Positions 9,268-21,583 of a stretch of DNA of 34,371 nucleotides are shown here, in pieces. How positions within the stretch are numbered: the first letter of the stretch is position 1; each line of letters starts with the position of its first letter. Source of the stretch: Octopus sinensis (lineage: Eukaryota); contig NW_021831706.1 in assembly GCF_006345805.1 (NCBI RefSeq), positions 1-34,371 on the forward strand, written 5' to 3'. Both the position numbers and the translations under genes were made by a program. Under the pieces are notes generated by a model. The model saw only the letters and a list, made by a program, of their open reading frames with translations, was not told the DNA's origin and ran no database searches.

Positions 9268-9590
9268 ATCCCAAATGTTGCTTATGCCTGTGTAGATGTC
9301 ATATGTTTCATAATAACCAGCCAAAGTGAGTACATATTACGCCGTCACAAAGTCATTCATGCTGCGATACATATTATATACTACAGCGACATCAGATTAT
9401 TTTTCTGTACAACAATTTGACATTTTTCGTACACGCGCCGATTGCAAAAGCCGTACATACATATATAATATATATATTATATACAGACACACTCATATAA
9501 AGGCCATAAATGTATATATATAATATATATTATCTAAGTATGGCCTCGACCAATCTTTGGTCGAAACATATCTAAGTTTTATCTAAGTTT

Positions 9591-9622
<32 letters not shown>

Positions 9623-9704
9623 ATATATATATGTAGATATAATAAATATAATATAATACTATAAAATATATAATATATATACATATAAATATGTATATAT
9701 ATAT

Positions 9705-9744
<40 letters not shown>

Positions 9745-9773
9745 GTACATATATACATATATATACATACATA

Positions 9774-9834
9774 TAACGGGAAGCTTTATGAAAATAAACA
9801 AAAGACGAAGGCAGGTGGAGTACAAACAAACAAT
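9774..9834 (-). mobile_element. About 65-bp retroposon 3' end fragment in (TA)n, copy 2
   Basis: TAACGGGAAGCTTTATGAAAATAAACAAAAGACGAAGGCAGGTGGAGTACAAACAAACAAT. Confidence 0.8.
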
Positions 9835-10497
9835 ACATACATATATATATATATATAGACACAGACATATACATACATACATACATATATACATATATAT
9901 ATATATGTACGTACTTACACATACAAATACACGCGCGCGCGCACGCACACACACACACAAATTAGCTAATATGTACTTTGTGGGTGGACAGTGTGTGGGC
10001 AGTGTATACGATTATTTAAAAAATTTTTTATTTAATAAAATATACAATTGACATAAAACTTTTACGTACTTGCAAGATGTATAAAGCATTATATTTCAAC
10101 TCGTTTAATTTTTTGCAGAGATACATCCGTATATCGGTGGTTTATCTGGAATTTATTTGTCCAGGACCTGCTTCAATGTTAGGAGATGTTTTTCTTTTCC
10201 TATGTGTGTTTTGTACAGGTTCATTACGTGCATGCTATAAACGTGTTTACACTGCAGTTTTAACCCTCTATCTAGTTTCAGCTTGAAAAGTGCGGCGATG
10301 TTGGGGCACATAGACGTTTTTCTAATACAACGCAATCACACAGAAACCAATGTATTAAAAGTTTTACTAAATATGTATTGGGTTTAATTTTCCACATTGT
10401 TCCATCTATCTTTAAATTTAGTGTTACGACGTATTTGCAATAACTTGATTAAATAATCCACAGAGCAGATAATCATCCTCATATTATATGACATATA

Positions 10498-10892
10498 TCT
10501 TTATATATAAAAGAGAAGTTGTGTGTCTGTCTCCTACGATTTAGATTCCTAACTACTCCCACATTTTGCGGTGCAGTTTAACCAAAACCGGGCATCTTAT
10601 AGTCGTGATTCATATCGAGCCCTTCTGGGTATTAGCGCGCGTCTACGATGAGTCTACGATTTAAAAAATAATTTACCATAATTTTTTTTCCATTTTAATG
10701 CATTTTTTCGCTATTATATAAGGGAAGTAACTCTCTAAAAATGTCTACGAGTCAACGATTTAAAAAAAAAATTACCATCATTTGTTTCCCATTTTTATTG
10801 CATTTTTTGCTATTTTTTTGCTATAACTCTCTAAAAATGCTTATATAGTTATTTCCCTTACAAACCCGAGCAACGCCGGGCGATACTGCTAG
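10498..10892 (+). mobile_element. Non-autonomous Helitron (395 bp)
   Basis: A|TCTTTATATATAAAAG 5' end, hairpin CCCGAGCAACGCCGGG (10865-10880), CTAG|T 3' end, A/T target; internal ~100-bp tandem duplication. Confidence 0.85.
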
Positions 10893-10998
10893 TATCAATA
10901 TAAGAAAGGCTGCCTTATATAATAAAGCCTCAGTACAAAGAACACAACAGAGGACGAAAATACTAATAAAATAACTCAATAAAAATTCCAATATAATC

Positions 10999-11211
10999 CT
11001 TTCTACTACAGGCAAAAGCCCTGCAATGTTGGGGGAGGGGCCAAGTCAATTACATCCAGTCTAGTGCTTGACTGGTACTTAATTTACCGGCCCTCGAAAG
11101 GATGAAATGCAAAGTCGACCTCGGCGGAATTTGAACTCGGAACGTAAAGACGGACGAAACGTCGTTAAGGATTTTGTCCGGCGCTGTAACCATTCTGCCA
11201 GCTCGCCGCCT
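10999..11211 (-). mobile_element. SINE family C, alternative-tail subtype
   Basis: CAAAGTCGACCTCGGCGGAATTTGAACTC and terminal GCTCGCCGCC; tail resembles 21182-21240. Confidence 0.85.
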
Positions 11212-11212
11212 T

Positions 11213-11438
11213 ATACTCTTTTACTGTTTTGCTTGTTACAGTTATTTGACTGTGGCCATGCTGGAGCACCGCCTTTAGTCGAGTAAATCGACCCCCAGGA
11301 CTTATTCTTTGTAAGCCTAGTACTTATTCTATCGGTCTCTTTTGCCGGACCGCTAAGTTATGGGGACGTAAACACACCAGCATCGGTTGTCAAGCGATGT
11401 CGGGGGAGAAACACAGACACACAAACACACATACATAC

Positions 11439-11526
<88 letters not shown>

Positions 11527-11708
11527 GTATATATATACATATATACGATGGGCTTCTTTCAGTTTCCGTCTACCAAATCCACTCACAAGGCTTTGGTCGG
11601 CCCGAGGCTATAATAGAAGACACTTGCCCAAGGTGTCACGCAGTGGGACTGAACCTGGAACCATGTGGTTGGTAAGCAAGCTACTTGCCACACAGCCACT
11701 GCTACGCC
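11213..11708 (-). mobile_element. Full-length SINE family A
   Basis: Head 11545-11708, (TA/TG)n centre, 3' half 11213-11420. Confidence 0.9.
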
Positions 11709-12025
11709 TATGTAAAAAAAATAATAAAAACCCAAAAAAATCTCCCGTATAAAATGCACCTTGTACTATAACGTCAATAACTCATGGATCTCATATTCCC
11801 TTTCTGCCGCTACCCTTATTACTGGCCCTTACTTCTCAGATCTATCATGTTAGCTCCACTCAAACATTGCTGACTTATTCATCGTCCTCTGGCATCACCC
11901 CTGACACTATCTGACCTCTACTCAGGGGCTACACCAATCACACTACCCCTAAATTAACTTTCGAATATTGGCCTAAAAGCCTTCGTGTTCTTCAATCCAA
12001 AAGGGTTTTTCAATCTAGTATTCAC

Positions 12026-12305
12026 ATGCTGTTAATTATAGTTATGACGAAGACAACGACGATGATAATGATGATGATGACCACGATGATAATGATGATG
12101 ATGATGATGATGATGACTACGACGACATCGAAGATGACGATGTTGATGATGGTGGTGGTCGTGGTGGTGATGGTCATGGTGATGATTACGACGACGACGA
12201 CGACTACGACGATGACGATGGTCAAGATGATGATGACGATGATGATGACGATGATGATTTTGATAATGATGATGATGACAACGACATGGACAATGAGGAG
12301 GATGT
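12026..12305. repeat. Mixed GAT/GAC/GGT trinucleotide array
   Basis: Direct reading. Confidence 0.95.
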
Positions 12306-12618
12306 AGATGTGCTGTGCTTCCAGGGCCAATATTCTCAAAACTGATTATTTCACGTTCTCTCAAACGTTTCTAAATTCCTGTGACTTCAATAACAATAAT
12401 CGTAGTTTCGAATCTTGAAACAAGGCCAGCAATTTTAGCGGAGAGGTTTACTCGATAACTTTAACCTCAGTGCTTGAGTGGGACTTTATTTTTAATTAAA
12501 CCAGAAAAAGGAAAAGTCGGGATTTGAACTCGGAACGCTTCTGCCATTTAAGCACGCTTACTTTCTGGTTTAAGCAGAGAACCATAATTTTATGTGTGTA
12601 GGTTGGTCGGTCAATACC

Positions 12619-12849
12619 TATTTCTTTACTACCCACAAGGGGCTAAACACAGAGAGGACAGACAAGGACAGACAAACGGATTAAGTCGATTATATCGACC
12701 CCAGTGCGTAATTGGTACTTATTTAATCGACCCCGAAAGGATGAAAGGCAAAGTCGACCTCGGCGGAATTTGAACTCAGAACGTAAGGACAGACGAAATA
12801 CTGCTAAGCATTTCGCCCGGCGTGCTAACGTTTCTGCCAACTCGCCGCC
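12619..12849 (-). mobile_element. Full-length SINE family C with 16-bp target-site duplication
   Basis: TTGGTCGGTCAATACC at 12603-12618 and 12850-12865. tRNA-like head with B box GAGTTCAAATTCC. Central GCCTTTCATCCTTTCGGGGTCGAT resembles a conserved metazoan SINE central domain (from memory). Confidence 0.92.
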
Positions 12850-13069
12850 TTGGTCGGTCAATACCATTAACCTTAGTACGCGGCTGGTACTCAATATTTT
12901 ATAGATCCTGGTTGGATGGAGGGGGTGGTGATGAAAGACAAAGGTGACCCCAGTGGGATTTTAATCTGACTATCAAAAGAACAGGAATAAATAGCGAAAA
13001 ATTGTTTTTTTAAAATATTTTCCATCGTTTTAAAGATTCTGCCACTCCACTAAGGACCAAAATAATAAT

Positions 13070-13340
13070 ACTGATGATTATGATGATAATGATGATAGTA
13101 ATGACGATGATGATGATGATGTTGATGATGGTGGTGGAAGAGGATGATGATGATGAGGATGATGATGATCATAATGATGATGATTACAACGACGTCAATG
13201 ACGATCACGACGACGGCCATATGATTGTCAAGATGATGGTCAAGATGGTATTCACGGTGATGCTGATGATGAAACGACGTCGTCGACGACGACGACGACG
13301 ACGACGATGAGCGACGATGATGGTGAGGATGATGATAATA

Positions 13341-13390
<50 letters not shown>

Positions 13391-13551
13391 AATGATGATG
13401 AAGATGATGATGATGGTGGTCGTCGTGGTCGTCGTGGTGATGGTGATGGTTACGACGACGACGACGACGACGATGATGATGATGATAATGATGATGATGA
13501 TGATGGTGGTGGTGGTAGTTGTCGTGGTGGTGATGGTGATTACGATGACGA

Positions 13552-13588
<37 letters not shown>

Positions 13589-13860
13589 AATGATGATGGT
13601 GGTGTTGGTGGTGAGGGGATCTTGGTGGTGATGGTGATGGTGATGATTCCGACGACGACAACGATGATGATGACGATGATGGTGGTGGTGATGGTGATGG
13701 TGATGACAACGATGATGACGGTCAAAATGAGGATGATGATGACAACGATGACGATAATGACGACGACGATGATGATGAGGGTAATGATAACGTCGATGAT
13801 GACAATGGTGATGATGACGATGTTGATGGTGATAATGGCGATGATGATGATGATGGTGAT
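13070..13860. repeat. Mixed GAT/GAC/GGT trinucleotide array
   Basis: Direct reading; source of the poly-D/M/H ORFs. Confidence 0.95.
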
Positions 13861-13894
13861 TTCTAGCATTGATACATAATAAGTATGGATATTG

Positions 13895-14055
13895 TTAGGA
13901 AAGAAGTATATTTGATTATATATCGACTCGGTACTTGACTGATATTTTATTTCATCGACCCCGGAAGCATGAAAGACAAAATATCGATCTGGGCGGGATT
14001 TGATCTCCGAACATTAAAGGTCCTAACTAGAATACGTCTACCGATTTCTGGCAAT
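13895..14055 (-). mobile_element. Old degenerate SINE C-like relic (similar relics about 12410-12548 and 12880-13050)
   Basis: Residual ATCGACCCCGGAAGCATGAAAGACAAA and GGCGGGATTTGA motifs. Confidence 0.55.
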
Positions 14056-14102
14056 CAATACTTTAAGAGACAGACAGAAATAAAGAAAGAAAGAAAGAAA
14101 TA

Positions 14103-14134
<32 letters not shown>

Positions 14135-14310
14135 AGAAAGAAAGAAAGTGAACCAGAGAGGCAGAGACAGAGAGAAAGAAGGGAGGATAGACAAGGAAAG
14201 AAAGTACAGAGCTATTTACATAACTGGACAAGGACAAAAGTATTTTATACGCATAAAAACAATTAGCATAGAGAGGTTGAACTGAATCATATGAATCATC
14301 GTATGATATC

Positions 14311-14366
<56 letters not shown>

Positions 14367-14864
14367 TATAATAATAATAATAATGTAGAAATAACAATGG
14401 AAGTTTGGCGGTGAATTCAGGAAGGAGAGAAAAAATATGATAAAAAAAAAGACAACAAAGAGAATAGAGACGGATAAAAGACTAAAGCGAAAATGAAGAA
14501 GAGTACCCGTCCATGACCATCCCCAGTTACCCTGGAAAGTTATGTGTGTTAAGATTATAGACAGAAACATATGGTCTGGTTTTGGTTACATAAGATCAAT
14601 AACTGGCTACAAAAACGATGCAAAAGCTAAGTATTAAAACAAGACGTTAATATTGACTGGATATTGTTTGCTTCCAAGATTAAGACGGTAGAGAATGTCT
14701 CGTTGTATTGGGTGTCCAGTTCTAGCAATTTTAATAAGCATGTATGTATGTATGTATGTATGTATGTATGTATGTATGTATGTATGTATGTATATGTATG
14801 TGTATATGTATTAATGTTTGAATATATTCATGTATATGTGTATACTTGTTTGCATCACGTACGT

Positions 14865-14901
<37 letters not shown>

Positions 14902-14909
14902 TATGTGTA

Positions 14910-14968
<59 letters not shown>

Positions 14969-15217
14969 CAGATACGCACAAGTATATATACATATTCAGG
15001 TAGACACAATATTGATATATATGTATGTATATATATTTACATACATACATATATATACACACATATATATATGCATGTATATAAGTATGCATATATGTGT
15101 GTGTGTGTACGCGCGTTTGTGTGTGTGTATACGTGTGTTTGTGTGTATTTTATATGCATATAAATATTCGAACACATATACAACCCCCCCCCATCTATAT
15201 ATGTATATATGTACGTT

Positions 15218-15250
<33 letters not shown>

Positions 15251-15276
15251 TTATATTTACGTAATATACTTATGCA

Positions 15277-15323
<47 letters not shown>

Positions 15324-15325
15324 AT

Positions 15326-15357
<32 letters not shown>

Positions 15358-15616
15358 ATATATATATATATCATATGTGTGTATTTGTGTGGTGTGTGTG
15401 TGTGCGTGTATGTGTGTGTACTTGTGTGTACGTGTGTGTACGTGTGTGTGTGTGTATGTGTGTACCTACAAATATATACTTAGTCATGGCAGGCTGGGTT
15501 AACAATATGTATTAGGCAATATGCCGACAATTTCAAATTAAATTGCAAAACAGCCATAAAAAAATAATAGAAAAAAAAAACAAGAACACAAATAAAAGCG
15601 GCTAAACATAACTTGT

Positions 15617-15702
15617 AAGGACCTCGTAACAGAAATAAACAAGAGATATGAAGAACGAAACTCTTATCAATATGATTGCTAATTGGTGCACTGGGTACGA
15701 TT
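15617..15702 (+). pseudogene. Decayed RLE-type LINE C-terminal fragment
   Basis: KDLVTEINKRY, then after a frameshift LIGALGTI; matches the KYxDLxxEI...IGALG motif of R4-type restriction-like endonucleases. Confidence 0.45.
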
Positions 15703-16074
15703 GAATGGAACCCAATCAAAAACATAGACAGACTTCTAAAGACAGACTTTACACACACACGCATACGTTTTGAAAAACAATGCTACTAAGCACTACAAGT
15801 ATTATATGCAAGTTATTCTCAATTACAATAATAATACAACTTCTAAGTGGGACCTTTCCGCTACATTAACTTATATAACTAAGAAAAAAAAATTGAAATT
15901 CGTTCTATAAAAACAAATGATTTGTAACAAGTCTCTCGGTCGGTTTTCTAGTACTCTCTCTATTCTCTTGCCCGTGTGAATACACACTCACATATTGTGT
16001 GTGTATGTATGTATGTATGTATGTATGTATGTATGTATGTATGTATGTATGTATATATGCATGTATGTATGTGC

Positions 16075-16106
<32 letters not shown>

Positions 16107-16422
16107 GTATATTTTTAAATATATATATATATACATACACACATACATACATATATATATTTGATATAATCACACAAAAGAAGTTATTCAATAACTTGTT
16201 ATACTTGTTATCAATAACATTTTCAACTCTTTGAGGCTCAGTTTCTTGTGTTGTAGCCTAAATCGAAATATATGTCACTCTATACAATGCGCATTATACA
16301 AAAGTAGGAGTATTAAATGTTTCGAATTCAGGCATTTGCAAGTTCCTAATTCGTATATAGTAACATGTTATATGTATTAGCAAATCACTAAGTATAAATA
16401 TGTCCGTGTATACATATATATA

Positions 16423-16481
<59 letters not shown>

Positions 16482-16727
16482 TGTGTGCGTGTGTGTGTGT
16501 GTGTGTGTGTATACGTACATAGCAAGGACGAGAGAGAGAGAGTTAATATAAGGAGTTTCCGTCAGGATGACTCAGACTTGTAGGTATGCTTCTGAGTGTT
16601 TAAATAAGTGTGCCACCAAAACTCCAGTTAGAACTCCAGTTAGAAAACTCCAGTTAGGTATGGAGTTGTGGTTGTGTGATTGTCTTGTTCCAAAACGGTT
16701 AGCGGTGGCATCCCTTTGAGTCAGAAC

Positions 16728-17380
16728 ATATAGGTTAGAATATGGAGGAAAGGATAACAGTTTGGCAATGTAGGAAAAGACATTTAATTTTATTTAATTC
16801 AATCTAAAATATGACTCCATAACGAGTGGTAAAAGTAGTACAAAATAATAAAGCTATTCTCTGACAGCTGTTTCTGAGATATCCCAGTGATTGGAGCGTC
16901 GTATCGAGCGAAAACACTGCAAGTTGGATACTCCGTCATCGAAGAAATATAAGTTAGACTGTGGAAAAATGTTCCTCACCAATGATATTTGTTGTGGTTC
17001 AATATGTCCAGGAGGGTGGGCGGGTTCAATTTAATCCAGTTAAATCGGGTCTTCTTTAGGTAAATCCATGAGCAGAAAGAATGGTTAAGTGGCACAGCGT
17101 AGTGAAAACGGAAAGAATTGTTATGCAGTACACCATAATTGGGGGGAAATTAAAATGAATGCTAGCAGATCCAAAGTTGTCGCAAATTAAACAATGAAAG
17201 ATTTGATACGTGCTCGAATAGCTGGGATATCCCAGAAACAGCTGTCAGAGACTGTCTTTATTATTTTGTACTATTTGTACCATTCATTATGCAGCTAAAT
17301 TTTAGATTGAATCAAATGAAATTAAATGTCCTTGTTTTTCGTTGCTTAATTGTTTACCTTTCCTCACTACTTTAGTCTAT
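16728..17380. mobile_element. MITE-like element with ~175-bp imperfect terminal inverted repeats
   Basis: Arms about 16728-16905 and 17205-17380; core 16858-16887 vs 17222-17251 matches 29/30 as reverse complement. Confidence 0.8.
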
Positions 17381-17382
17381 AT

Positions 17383-17433
17383 ATGAGGTCTGATCAATAA
17401 GTATCCGCACTGTTGCCATTGTAACGAAGCTAA
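17383..17433 (+). mobile_element. Probable mariner-type terminal fragment
   Basis: TA-preceded TGAGGTCTGATCAATAAGTATCC resembles mariner TIR starts (from memory); truncated at a foldback. Confidence 0.45.
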
Positions 17434-17499
17434 GGCTTCGTTATACACACCCACCCACACAGACACAGACACAGATATATAATAATAATAATAATAATG

Positions 17500-17560
<61 letters not shown>

Positions 17561-17562
<2 letters not shown>

Positions 17563-18115
17563 GCCCTGATGCAGTACAAGTCTGTGGATCTCGTGGTTTC
17601 TGATCTTAACTGATTGGAAGTGTTATCATGTACATTGTTTTGTCTTTGTATAAAAGATGGGCTACAGCAAATATTCTATTCAATACCACAGATTTGCTTG
17701 TCAGTTGTTAAACCATAACCAGTTGAGCATGTCCCTTAGTGGCTGACGATATGTGCATCTCTGATCTCGAGCAGAAGTAGTGGGGGTCACCATAGCCATG
17801 TTTTGAGAGGGATTTTTGGGGGTTTGAATAATTCACCTCTGGAAACATGGGTGTTTCATTCAACATCCTTAAACAGCCCTTATTCATGGACCTTTTGAGC
17901 AGGATGGGTTACTCGACCAGAAGAAAATTCTAACTGAGCCCCACCTGCAAGGTCATGTGCTGTTTATCTTGATATGAGATCACGATATCGCGCTCATATG
18001 GTTGTGATGCATGTGCCTAGTGTACCCTTATCAGACGGGTAGTCATGATAGGTATACTGGGCTTCGTATATTTTACTCCAGTGTCACTTTGATGACATGC
18101 ACTGCTCTCTCACTC
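17561..18115 (+). mobile_element. Repeat family B, longest copy (555 bp), within (AAT)n
   Basis: Collinear with 25227-25724 and, inverted, 26943-27109. Ends CTCTCACTC|AATAAT. Confidence 0.9.
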
Positions 18116-18160
18116 AATAATAATAATAATAATGATGATGATGATGATGATGATGATGAA

Positions 18161-18243
<83 letters not shown>

Positions 18244-18257
18244 TAATAATAATAAGA

Positions 18258-18455
18258 AGAAATTACCAAAAACATATAATGAAAAGAAATATAAGTAACT
18301 GAAGAATATGTGGAGATGGACGAAGAACAATAAATCATATTGTCTCTGGTTGCCCAGTCCTGGCTAAGAAGGAATATATTCACCGACATGACAAAATTGG
18401 GATCTATATACACTGGAAGCTATGCCAACATTAATAACAACAGAAAAATGACGGT
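18258..18455 (+). pseudogene. R4/Dong-clade (RLE) LINE fragment, CCHC knuckle and RHD motif
   Basis: Single frame: RNYQKHIMKRNISN*RICGDGRRTINHIVSGCPVLAKKEYIHRHDKIGIYIHWKLCQH*; the first Cys is mutated to TGA. Confidence 0.85.
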
Positions 18456-18766
18456 AAAAGCGTTGGTAATAATTGGGGTGAAACCCTGACCAGGGATAAA
18501 GGTTGCACTTACATAGCCTTACAAGAGGGAAGAGGAGCAGGGCTCCATGTAAACGGTCGGGCGGCTGGAAAAGCAATTTGAGTACAATAAACGAACACTT
18601 TTAGGCTTTATGGTGTCTCTATTCATAGGCGCGTCTAGCCAGATACCCCCCCCACACACACACACACACATACACACGATCAAACGTAAACATACACGTT
18701 AACATGGTTATTTTTACACCCGCTAACGCTCGGAGGTATACCAAAACAGACTCAGTCATATATATC

Positions 18767-18998
18767 TGTTTCTTTACTACCCACAAGGGGCTAAGCACAG
18801 AGGGGACAAACAAGGACATACATACGGATTAAGTGGATTACATCGAGTCCAGTGCGTAACTGGTACTTGATTTATCGACCCCTAAAGGATGAAAGGCAAA
18901 GTCGACCTCGGCAGAATTTGAACTCAGAACGTAACGGCAGACGAAATACGGCTACGCATTTCGCCCGGCGTGCTAACGATTCTGCCAGCTAACCGCCT
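18767..18998 (-). mobile_element. Full-length SINE family C with probable TSD
   Basis: Matches 12619-12849; TCAGTCATATATAT at 18752-18765 and 19002-19015. Confidence 0.9.
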
Positions 18999-19372
18999 GG
19001 ATCAGTCATATATATATATCTATCTACATAAACACACTGGCACACACGCATACACACATCACACACGTTCCCTTACATATATTAAATATATATATATGCA
19101 CATTAATATATACATACACTCATACATGCATTTGCATATATATATATTCATAGATAGAAACATATTCACATATATGTATATTCATGTATGTATGTATGCA
19201 TATATATATGTATGTGTGTGTGTATGTACTCATACACAGAAACATACATATATGTATATGTATATATATGTATGAGTATATAAATATATGTGTATATATA
19301 TGTGAGTGTGTCCCTTTTTTGTATCACCTGTCTGGATATTTTGCGTTCTTGTTTCATTTTTGTATTATATAT

Positions 19373-19415
<43 letters not shown>

Positions 19416-20630
19416 GTATGTATGTCTATATATACATCTATATATATATATATATATATATAATGCGTGTTTATGTGTACGGTGGGTGTACTTGCCTGTG
19501 TATGTGTTTATGTGTCTATCAAAGTGTGTGTGTATGTGTGTCTGCGTGCGTGTGTGCGTGTATCTGGGAGTGCGACCGTACGCGTGCCTTTGCCTGTATC
19601 TGTGGGTGTTTGTGTACATTTCAATGTGCTTGCGTTTCATCGTGAGAGAATGATTCCATTACTTTATACGGCGCTGCTACAAGAAAGAAAACACTCCTAA
19701 AATCTTGAATCATGAGAGAAAAACACTTAAGTAATAACAAAGTAATCTGTCTGCTGTGAATTTCAAACAAAACTTTTACAAAAATAATCTTCTTTGAATA
19801 GTCTAAACACAATCAGAGCACATAACATCTAGAATCCATCTTGTAATTTTATGCAATTTCAAATCTGCATAATGTATAATAGTATACAACAGACATGGCA
19901 TTTGACCTTAGAGTCTCCTGAAAAACTTTTTCTTTGAACATTATGTACCATTGTTCATTCTGAGCTTAAATTTATTATATGTCCTCTAAAGGCTAGACGC
20001 TACGGACTCTTGGAAATGATTTTCGTGTCTAAATAAATCTCCATAAATGATGGTGGCTTTTCTAGGAGGAACGATTCTTTTTGTAGCAATCCTCTATTTG
20101 TTATTCAGGTACAGATTTTCTAAGAAAGGTTTACACACTTTTACTGCTATCCTATCTTATTCACTATTGTGAAAGCTTGAAAAATCTTTGCAAAACGTAC
20201 TCAGTGTTACCAAGTCTGTCCTGTGTATCACATGTGACCCAAGGGCATATTTTCCTAGCGTGCATGCATCATATATGATACATATTACCATTATTTTTCA
20301 ACCAATAGAATAATTTAGAACTTATGAAAAGATAACTTTATGTAACTCTGAACGTATGAAATAATAATGGCTCGCTAAATGTCTAATAACAAGAATGGAC
20401 GTTTAGTACAAGTTTATGAAATTGCTTTGCACGGGCAAAAGGTTAAGATTTTGGCATTCTAAAGCGAAAAAGAGTAGCGTGAAATATCTCCGATATTGCT
20501 CTTCAACGATGACGTAACCCAAAACAGGGACCTGACATCTAGAAGAAATACTCTCTTTACATGTCAGAAATTAATATCAATACAAGAACTTCCAATCGCC
20601 TGAATGTTAAAAGATGAAGACAATATGCAA

Positions 20631-21168
20631 GGTGTAGGAGTGGCTATGTGGTAAGTAGCTTGCTTACGAACCACATCGATCCCGGTTCAGTCCCACTGCG
20701 TGGCACCTTGGGCGAGAGTCTTCTACTATAGCCTCAGGCCGACCAAAGCCTTGTGAGTGGATTTGGTAGACGGAAACTAAACGAAGCCCGTCGTATATAT
20801 GTATATGTATATATATAATATATATATATATAATATAATATATATTATATGTATGTGTGTGTGTGTGTGTGCGTGTGTGTGTATATGTGTGTGTATATAT
20901 ATATATGTCCGACCCATGCTAGCATGGAGAACGGACGTTAAACGATGATGATGATGATGTGTGTCTGTGTTTGCTCCCCCAATATCGCTTGACAACCGAT
21001 GCTGGTGTGTTTACGTCCCCGTAACTTAGCGGTACGACCAAAGAAACCGATAGAATAAGTACTAGGCTTACAAAGAATAAGTCCTGGGGTCAATTTGCTA
21101 GACTAAAGGCGGTGCTTCTGTATGGCCAGAGTCAAATGATTGAAACAAGTAAAGGAGTAAAAGAGTAA
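20631..21168 (+). mobile_element. Full-length SINE A with nested 53-bp retroposon tail (20907-20959) ending (GAT)n
   Basis: Head 20631-20794, 3' half 20960-21168; insert GTCCGACCCATGCTAGCATGGAGAACGGACGTTAAACGATGATG. Confidence 0.9.
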
Positions 21169-21181
21169 GACATATTTTTTC

Positions 21182-21583
21182 CTTTTCTACTCTAGGCACA
21201 AGGCCTGAAATTTTAGGGGAGGGAGCCAGTCGATTAGATCGACCCTAGTGCGTAACTGGTACTTAATTTATCGACCCCGATAGGATGAAAGTCAAAGTCG
21301 ACGTCGACGGAATTTGAACTCAGAGCATGAAGACAGACGAAATACCTATTTCTTTACTACCCACAAGAGGTTAAACACAGAGAGGACAAACAAGGACAGA
21401 CAAACGGATTAAGTCGAATATATCGACCCCACTGCGTAACTGGTACTTATTTAATCGACCTCGAATGAATGAAAGGCAAAGTCGACCTCGGCGGAATTTG
21501 AACTCAGAACGTAGCGGCAGACGAAATACCTATTTCTTTACTATTTTGTCCGACCAGCTAACTGTTCTCGTAGCTCACCGCCC
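21182..21583 (-). mobile_element. Nested SINE C stack
   Basis: Old copy (tail and body 21182-21346, head 21545-21583) split at AATACC by a younger unit (21347-21530) plus a further tail remnant (21531-21544). Confidence 0.85.

Noticed and set aside
12022-13879. Poly-Asp/His/Met ORFs suggesting biomineralisation or metal-binding proteins
   Set aside because: Open in several frames on both strands, as expected for stop-poor triplet arrays; no splice or unique coding context.
16618-16657. Three copies of AACTCCAGTTAG as CRISPR-like or regulatory repeats
   Set aside because: Simple short tandem duplication without spacers; eukaryotic context. No CRISPR array anywhere in the window.
17735-17800. 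Hammerhead in family B (CTGACGA...GAAG...ATAGCC)
   Set aside because: GAAG instead of GAAA, and the only stem I pairing consumes the core C and U.
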